From a virus (taxonomy: Duplodnaviria; Caudoviricetes): DNA of 63,953 bases. Shown here piece after piece: positions 59,335 through 63,953 of the stretch (positions are counted from its first letter, which is position 1; each line of letters opens with the position of its first letter). The position numbers and the translations under genes were made by a program. The notes beneath the pieces were generated by a model, which searched no databases, was not told where the DNA came from, and was given only the letters and a program-made list of their open reading frames with translations. The DNA is taken from the IMG/VR virus record IMGVR_UViG_3300037337_000110, positions 1 to 63,953 of that record. The stretch is one strand, 5' to 3'.

Positions 59335-59856
59335 ATGACCGCCAAGACCCCAACAGCATTGAAGCACCAAGTCCAGATCGACAACCTCACCCACGCACAC
59401 CGGATTCTGTCTGAGGTCTCAGACAGTGAACTCAACTTGAGCCGATGGGTGCGTGCGCACCCACCGGGCGAGCCCATGTGTGGAACCATCTTCTGCGCAG
59501 CCGGTTGGCTTGCCCACAGCGAAGAGTTTGCCCGAATGTTCACGATCTCCACAATCAATGACGAAGATAGTGAGTTGACCACCATGTTGATAGCATGCGG
59601 CACCAAGCCCGAACTGAAGGAAGGCGGCAACGGCTACTCGTTTAAGTTTCTCGACCCCATCTTCGGCCCCAATGCGTTCAACATGCTTTTCGATAGCCGG
59701 GGTGCTGGTTGGAACGACAAGATGCTGATGAAGGAGCATCAGAAAGAATGCGATTCAGAAATTCTGATCCAGTGGGATAGTGACTACGTCACGGACAAGA
59801 TGGTCGCCCTGGAGCGCATCAATCTGCGCACCGAGCAGCTGGTGGCCCAAGGGTAA
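59335..59856 (+). CDS. CGTxxCxxGW-motif protein (paralog B)
   Basis: PMCGTIFCAAGW. Confidence 0.65.
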   Translation: MTAKTPTALKHQVQIDNLTHAHRILSEVSDSELNLSRWVRAHPPGEPMCGTIFCAAGWLAHSEEFARMFTISTINDEDSELTTMLIACGTKPELKEGGNGYSFKFLDPIFGPNAFNMLFDSRGAGWNDKMLMKEHQKECDSEILIQWDSDYVTDKMVALERINLRTEQLVAQG

Positions 59857-59927
59857 GCCCAGCCCCACCCCAGCGCCGCAATCCCAACCTGACACTTGAA
59901 TTCTCCCAACACAACGAAGGTTCTGAA

Positions 59928-60272
59928 ATGTCAAGAAAATGCAAGACCCCCGCCAAGGTGCTTGAGCTCCTGAAAGCCCAGCAGGAAATGATGCGCTGGA
60001 TCGACGAATGTTTGCGTGTCAAGAGCACCGTGTCAGTCGAGAACCAAGCGGCGCATGTCAAGAACCGCAGCGAAGATTATTGGATCGGTCGGGCAGAGGG
60101 TCACAACAGCATGCTTGAGACGATCCTACACCAGCACAACTGCTACGCCGGGTTCAACTACCAGGCAGCGACCCCGACATTCGGCGATGAGGGCGCGCCT
60201 TACTACCAGATAGTCAACACGCAACACCCCGAGTACGCGCCCTGGCGCGTTCAATACTACGAACGCAACTGA
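59928..60272 (+). CDS. hypothetical protein
   Basis: LE.ILH...Y.GF.Y; followed by terminator. Confidence 0.65.
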   Translation: MSRKCKTPAKVLELLKAQQEMMRWIDECLRVKSTVSVENQAAHVKNRSEDYWIGRAEGHNSMLETILHQHNCYAGFNYQAATPTFGDEGAPYYQIVNTQHPEYAPWRVQYYERN

Positions 60273-60309
60273 GGCCCAACCCCCGCACACTGGGGCTAAC
60301 AAACACACA

Positions 60310-60336
60310 AGCAAGCCCTCTCGGCTTGCTTTTTTT
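60310..60336 (+). terminator. intrinsic terminator closing the early-gene array
   Basis: AAGCAAGCC-ctctc-GGCTTGC-T7. Confidence 0.75.
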
Positions 60337-61119
60337 ATATCCCAGAAAGCCGAGGCTTGCGTTACCCGAAAAGTCCTTATGAATCAAGGACTTAGCACCG
60401 CTTATAGCAAGCATATCGCATTGCCTGTCTATAAATGCGGGACCATCGGGCATAAACGCATGACTGGCGCTTTATTCCCGCAGGCAAGAGGGTCTAACCG
60501 CGCAAGGCTCGCTCAAGGCAAGCCCCGAACGACCTCAAGCAATACCGAGGGGTCTGAAGCAAGTGGCAATCGCACAGAGAGCCCAGGCAAACCCGTGAAG
60601 CAACCCAAGCAAACCACTAACCCCACAAACAAACGAGAACCAGCACCAAATCTGGCAATGAGCAACCAACCGGCCCAAGACGCAAAAACACTGAAGAACT
60701 ACCAAGCCGGCAAACTTGCGACAGACGCAACAACACCCGGCACGCAGCCCGTAGCGCCATAGGGGAAAGAGCAGGCAATCACACAGAGAGACAAGAGGGT
60801 TTGCCGCACCAAGCTCACCGCAAACTTACAGAGAGGCATGCAGTGATGCAAAGTATGTGCCTACCACGCAACACTGAAAACTTGAGGCGAATCAGACAGG
60901 TGAACCATAGGGCAAGGCAGAGGGAAGAGAAGGGGCTCACGCAAGGTAGAGAAGAGACTTGGGTGTGATCAAGGGAAGGCTTTGTATAAGCAAGAGGGGG
61001 TGGGTGGCGGGCATCCCGCGAGAACCAAAAGTAACACCTTCTCAATAATCCACTTTTTCACGCACACTCCAGCTCCGCCAAGGTTCACCCCAACCCAGTC
61101 CGATCATCCCCTGCTCACT

Positions 61120-61416
61120 ATGAACAACGTCCACCCGATTCAGGCTCGCCAAGGCTCAGTCTCTTCATTCTTGGCTCGCTCAGCCCCCACAGCCCCCATG
61201 CAGGCTGTGCTGCGCCTGACCATCAACCTCCCGGGCATGGGGCCTTTGAGGGTGACGGTGAGTGCCGAGGTTGATGCGAGCGTGCTCACACAGATGACAC
61301 CCGAGCAGAGGGCCGAGATGACGCACCACATCAGGGCAGCTGTAGGCGTAGTCGGGTATGAGCTCCAATCGGTTCAGCCCCTGTGCACCCTCTCAATCGA
61401 GGCTATTTCCCTATGA
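61120..61416 (+). CDS. hypothetical protein
   Basis: ATGA overlap; shares GV..YEL.SVQ with the next ORF. Confidence 0.5.
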   Translation: MNNVHPIQARQGSVSSFLARSAPTAPMQAVLRLTINLPGMGPLRVTVSAEVDASVLTQMTPEQRAEMTHHIRAAVGVVGYELQSVQPLCTLSIEAISL

Positions 61417-61700
61417 GCGCAAACGTCCGCAAACCTGGTTTTGACGACGATGCGAGTCACTCGATCACTTATGTGAGAGCAACCTACCTCACCCGATGCG
61501 GCGCCATTCACCAGAGTCTATGTACGTTCACTGCTGACATTGACTCAAAGGATGCGCGGGTCGAGCTAGTGAGGGCGTACCGGGCCTTTGCGGGTGTGAT
61601 GCAGTACGAGCTCCTATCAGTTCAGTTCGAGTTCGTCAGCCCAGCCTGCCTTGATCCCTTGTTCACGGCGAAAGTGATCCCGATCGGCACCCGGCGCTGA
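61413..61700 (+). CDS. hypothetical protein
   Basis: GAGG SD. Confidence 0.5.
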   Translation: MSANVRKPGFDDDASHSITYVRATYLTRCGAIHQSLCTFTADIDSKDARVELVRAYRAFAGVMQYELLSVQFEFVSPACLDPLFTAKVIPIGTRR

Positions 61701-61725
61701 GAGGCAAGAGATGGGGTCACGCATA

Positions 61726-61819
61726 CGGCTAGCTTCGAGTTTGGGTTCGGCTAGCTTCGAGTTTGGGTTCGGCTAGCTTCGAGTTTGAATACGGCTAGCT
61801 TCGAGCTGTGATTCGGCTA
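61726..61819 (+). repeat. 22-bp tandem repeat CGGCTAGCTTCGAGTTTGGGTT, about 4.3 copies
   Basis: units start at 61726, 61748, 61770, 61792, 61814. Confidence 0.9.
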
Positions 61820-62147
61820 CACATACGGCTAGGACGTAAGGTGCGGCACCAGCCTTGGACCCAGAGCCTTGGCGCTTTGGAGGGGGTGGGCCTTGGATGC
61901 GTGGGCCAAGGCCCTGGTGCTTATAGGAGCTGCCTGCTGGTCCAAGGCTGCTTATAGGAAGCGCGGGGCTGTCCAAATCCACTTATACAAGAGCCTCAAA
62001 AGTGCTTATAGCTGGGCTGACCCCCTACAGAATCATGCCCCAATTGTGCTTATAGGTGATTATTTCGCTTATAGGGGCGGTGTCCGAGGGGTGGGTCTGA
62101 GAATTGTCTTTGTCGCGATGTTGCGATTCAGTAAACGAAAGCAGGCC

Positions 62148-62483
62148 ATGCTAAATCTCACACCTCACGCCATTACCCTTCGCACCCCACATGGGGATGT
62201 GACATTCCCCCCGTCGGGTCAGGTGGCGCGAGTCAGCTCGATCTCTGCCGAGACTGAACTTGTGGTTGCGGGGGTGCCTGTGATTCGAACCACCTACGGG
62301 CCTGTGCAGGGATTAGTGTATGGGGATGACGGTCTTCTGGTGCCCTGCCTGGTCTCTGGGATGGTTTTGGGGCGATTGCCTTCGGGCACGCTCAACGCTT
62401 ACGCCCCAGCGACAGGGCCAAACGATGCACCTGTGCGGGAAAATGGCCAAGTGGTCGCTGTCACGAAGCTGCTCGCCGCCTGA
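62148..62483 (+). CDS. conserved phage hypothetical protein
   Basis: NLTPH.I......PPSG.VARV...PATGP....R. Confidence 0.7.
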   Translation: MLNLTPHAITLRTPHGDVTFPPSGQVARVSSISAETELVVAGVPVIRTTYGPVQGLVYGDDGLLVPCLVSGMVLGRLPSGTLNAYAPATGPNDAPVRENGQVVAVTKLLAA

Positions 62484-62519
62484 AGGGGCGCGCGACAATG
62501 GGGCAACCAAGGGGAAAGT

Positions 62520-62993
62520 ATGAATCAAGTCGAATTTATGAATCTGAACCTGGGCGATCGTCTGTTGGCGGCGATCTTCGCAAACGTAGAGCCCGAGGGC
62601 TCTATGGGTCCGCCAAGCCCCACGAAAGAGCAAAGAGACCACGCACTCTTTTACTACAACCAGGCAATGCGCGAGCGAGCCCTTGTCGTCGCAAAAGCCG
62701 AAAAGACAGCAAAGGTAGAGGCTCGCAAGGCGCAGAACGCATTGGAAAAAACCGAGCGAGAGCGCAAAGAGAAGATAGGTTCTTTCTACGCCGAAGGTCT
62801 GAGCCTTCTCAAAGACGACGGTTTCATCACAGCCGATGAGCGCACTCAGCACCGAGCCAACCCGGTTGTCGAAATCAGCAACGCCATCGAGAAGCGATGC
62901 ACGCTTGACGCGGTAGCCGACCCATACGGGTTCGCGAATTGGGAGATTGCGGCCGACATTATTTCTGAGTGGTTCAACAAGGAACTCAAGTAA
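62520..62993 (+). CDS. hypothetical protein
   Basis: AAGGGG SD; terminator-like hairpin after stop. Confidence 0.6.
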   Translation: MNQVEFMNLNLGDRLLAAIFANVEPEGSMGPPSPTKEQRDHALFYYNQAMRERALVVAKAEKTAKVEARKAQNALEKTERERKEKIGSFYAEGLSLLKDDGFITADERTQHRANPVVEISNAIEKRCTLDAVADPYGFANWEIAADIISEWFNKELK

Positions 62994-63269
62994 AACAGAA
63001 GGGGCTCACGGGCCTCTTTTCTTGGTGGGTCTGCGCGTCCTTGGCTCGGGGTTCATGCGTCCTAGGCTCGCTCACACGCACCATAAGGGGTTTGGCAGCC
63101 CCAGGTAGGGGTTTATGCGTCCTTGGCTCGCAGTCCAATGCACTCCAGCTCGCTGTGGCTCGCCGTCTCTTCGTTTCAGGCTCGCTTCACATCCCGGGCG
63201 TGGGGCCTGCACCCCGGTTTGATACTTGTCTTTGTCGCAATAACGCGATGACACAAACGAAAGCAAACC

Positions 63270-63494
63270 GTGAACATGACCCGCAAAACCACCGTCGCCT
63301 TGTCTCTCGCCCGGATAGGTTGCAACCTGGTGCTTCTGATTGGAGCGGTTGTTTTTCTGATGGTGTGCATTTTTGGCACCAACGCAGATGCGATCAAGAC
63401 CCTCATTGCACTGTCCTTGATTGGTTGCGTGAGCTGCATCCTCACCCACCTCGAAGACGAACAGAAAAACCGCCCTTACACCCACAGCCTGTAA
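63270..63494 (+). CDS. small two-TM membrane protein
   Basis: two hydrophobic segments. Confidence 0.55.
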   Translation: MNMTRKTTVALSLARIGCNLVLLIGAVVFLMVCIFGTNADAIKTLIALSLIGCVSCILTHLEDEQKNRPYTHSL

Positions 63495-63518
63495 GTCACC
63501 ACTGACAAAAAGAACACC

Positions 63519-63659
63519 ATGTCACAAAAAGCCAAAGACCTATCGTTTCGTGCCCTTGAGATTCAGCGGACGCTGGGTATTCGCAGGGCTGCGGGGTATC
63601 TGCGCAATCGGGGCATCACTGTCAAGAACGCGGGGCTGATACTCGCAAGGGGCCGATAA
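63519..63659 (+). CDS. 46-aa basic protein (absent from the ORF track)
   Basis: MSQKAKDLSFRALEIQRTLGIRRAAGYLRNRG...; operator-like site upstream. Confidence 0.5.
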   Translation: MSQKAKDLSFRALEIQRTLGIRRAAGYLRNRGITVKNAGLILARGR

Positions 63660-63864
63660 GGGGGCAGGGTGGGGCCTGGTGCCCCACTTTTCACATACGG
63701 CTGTCTTAGAGGTGCCCTGTGAACGCAAAGCACTCTGCCTACAGGGAACAGGCGCAGTTTTCACATACGGCTACCCATGAGGTGTCGGTTGGCAATTTTT
63801 ATATACGGCTGCGTTCTAGGTCAGCTTTGGCGCTGAAAGGGGAGGTCGAAAAACGAGCTCCAAC

Positions 63865-63924
63865 TCTGAAAAACCCCTTTGGGTGTAGGGGTATTCTGAA
63901 AGACCCCTTTGAGAGTAGGGGTAC
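63865..63924. repeat. 30-bp tandem duplication, each unit with an ACCCCT...AGGGGT inverted repeat
   Basis: TCTGAAAAACCCCTTTGGGTGTAGGGGTAT / TCTGAAAGACCCCTTTGAGAGTAGGGGTAC. Confidence 0.8.
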
Positions 63925-63953
63925 TGTCTTCTGTCTTATGTCTTATATAAGAC

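Larger units (their letters stand above)
56155..59920 (+). repeat. dispersed ~30-bp repeat (GACAC)TTGAATTCTCGCAACACAAACCGAAA, six copies, each heading a gene
   Basis: TTGAATTCTC at 56155, 57342, 57581, 58167, 59302, 59896. Confidence 0.85.

Noticed and set aside
56155-59920. CRISPR or integron attC array
   Set aside because: Repeats are separated by whole genes, are not palindromic like attC sites, and no integron integrase is present
60379-60762. 127-aa ORF in the skewed tract
   Set aside because: Low-complexity product explained by T-poor composition; no SD or motif
61726-61819. CRISPR array
   Set aside because: Contiguous 22-bp tandem units without unique spacers; no cas genes in the window
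1-63953. tRNA/rRNA genes, IS elements, reverse transcriptase or DGR
   Set aside because: No cloverleaf with T-loop consensus, transposase or RT motif noticed by eye; tRNAscan/Infernal not run

Overview
About 64 kb, probably roughly half, of a large temperate tailed-phage genome that also carries a plasmid replicon (a phage-plasmid). The gene set and order recall the SSU5/pHCM2-type phage-plasmids, but the sequence is GC-richer and the host is probably a non-enteric proteobacterium (inference). Left to right: lysis cassette (peptidase M15 endolysin, holin, i-/o-spanins) invaded by a NUMOD3-HNH endonuclease; structural accessory genes; phoH; an Hfq-like protein; DnaB, primase and ATP-dependent ligase; a minus-strand maintenance module (oriV with a DnaA box, HTH Rep, RHH adaptor, ParA, parS-like repeats, XRE repressor); a vWA/AAA (CobT/CobS-like) pair; a sigma-like factor; DnaE with a UDG-like tail, UvsY-like, gp32-like SSB, 5'-3' exonuclease, RecA, SbcCD, RuvC, NrdAB, RNA ligase, ThyA, MazG, DnaQ; then about 13 kb of small early-type genes and a repeat-rich right end stopping in a palindrome. 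No capsid, terminase, intact integrase, tRNA or CRISPR was seen. The main hand-read results are a window-wide regulatory grammar (a palindromic operator TAAGTCA-N4-TGACT and a short-spaced (G/T)CC-N13-nAnnnT promoter class, each at about 25 sites), a phage Hfq with a candidate small operator-controlled transcript, and a homing endonuclease that appears to have replaced the endolysin C-terminus. All protein calls come from motif recognition, without database searches.
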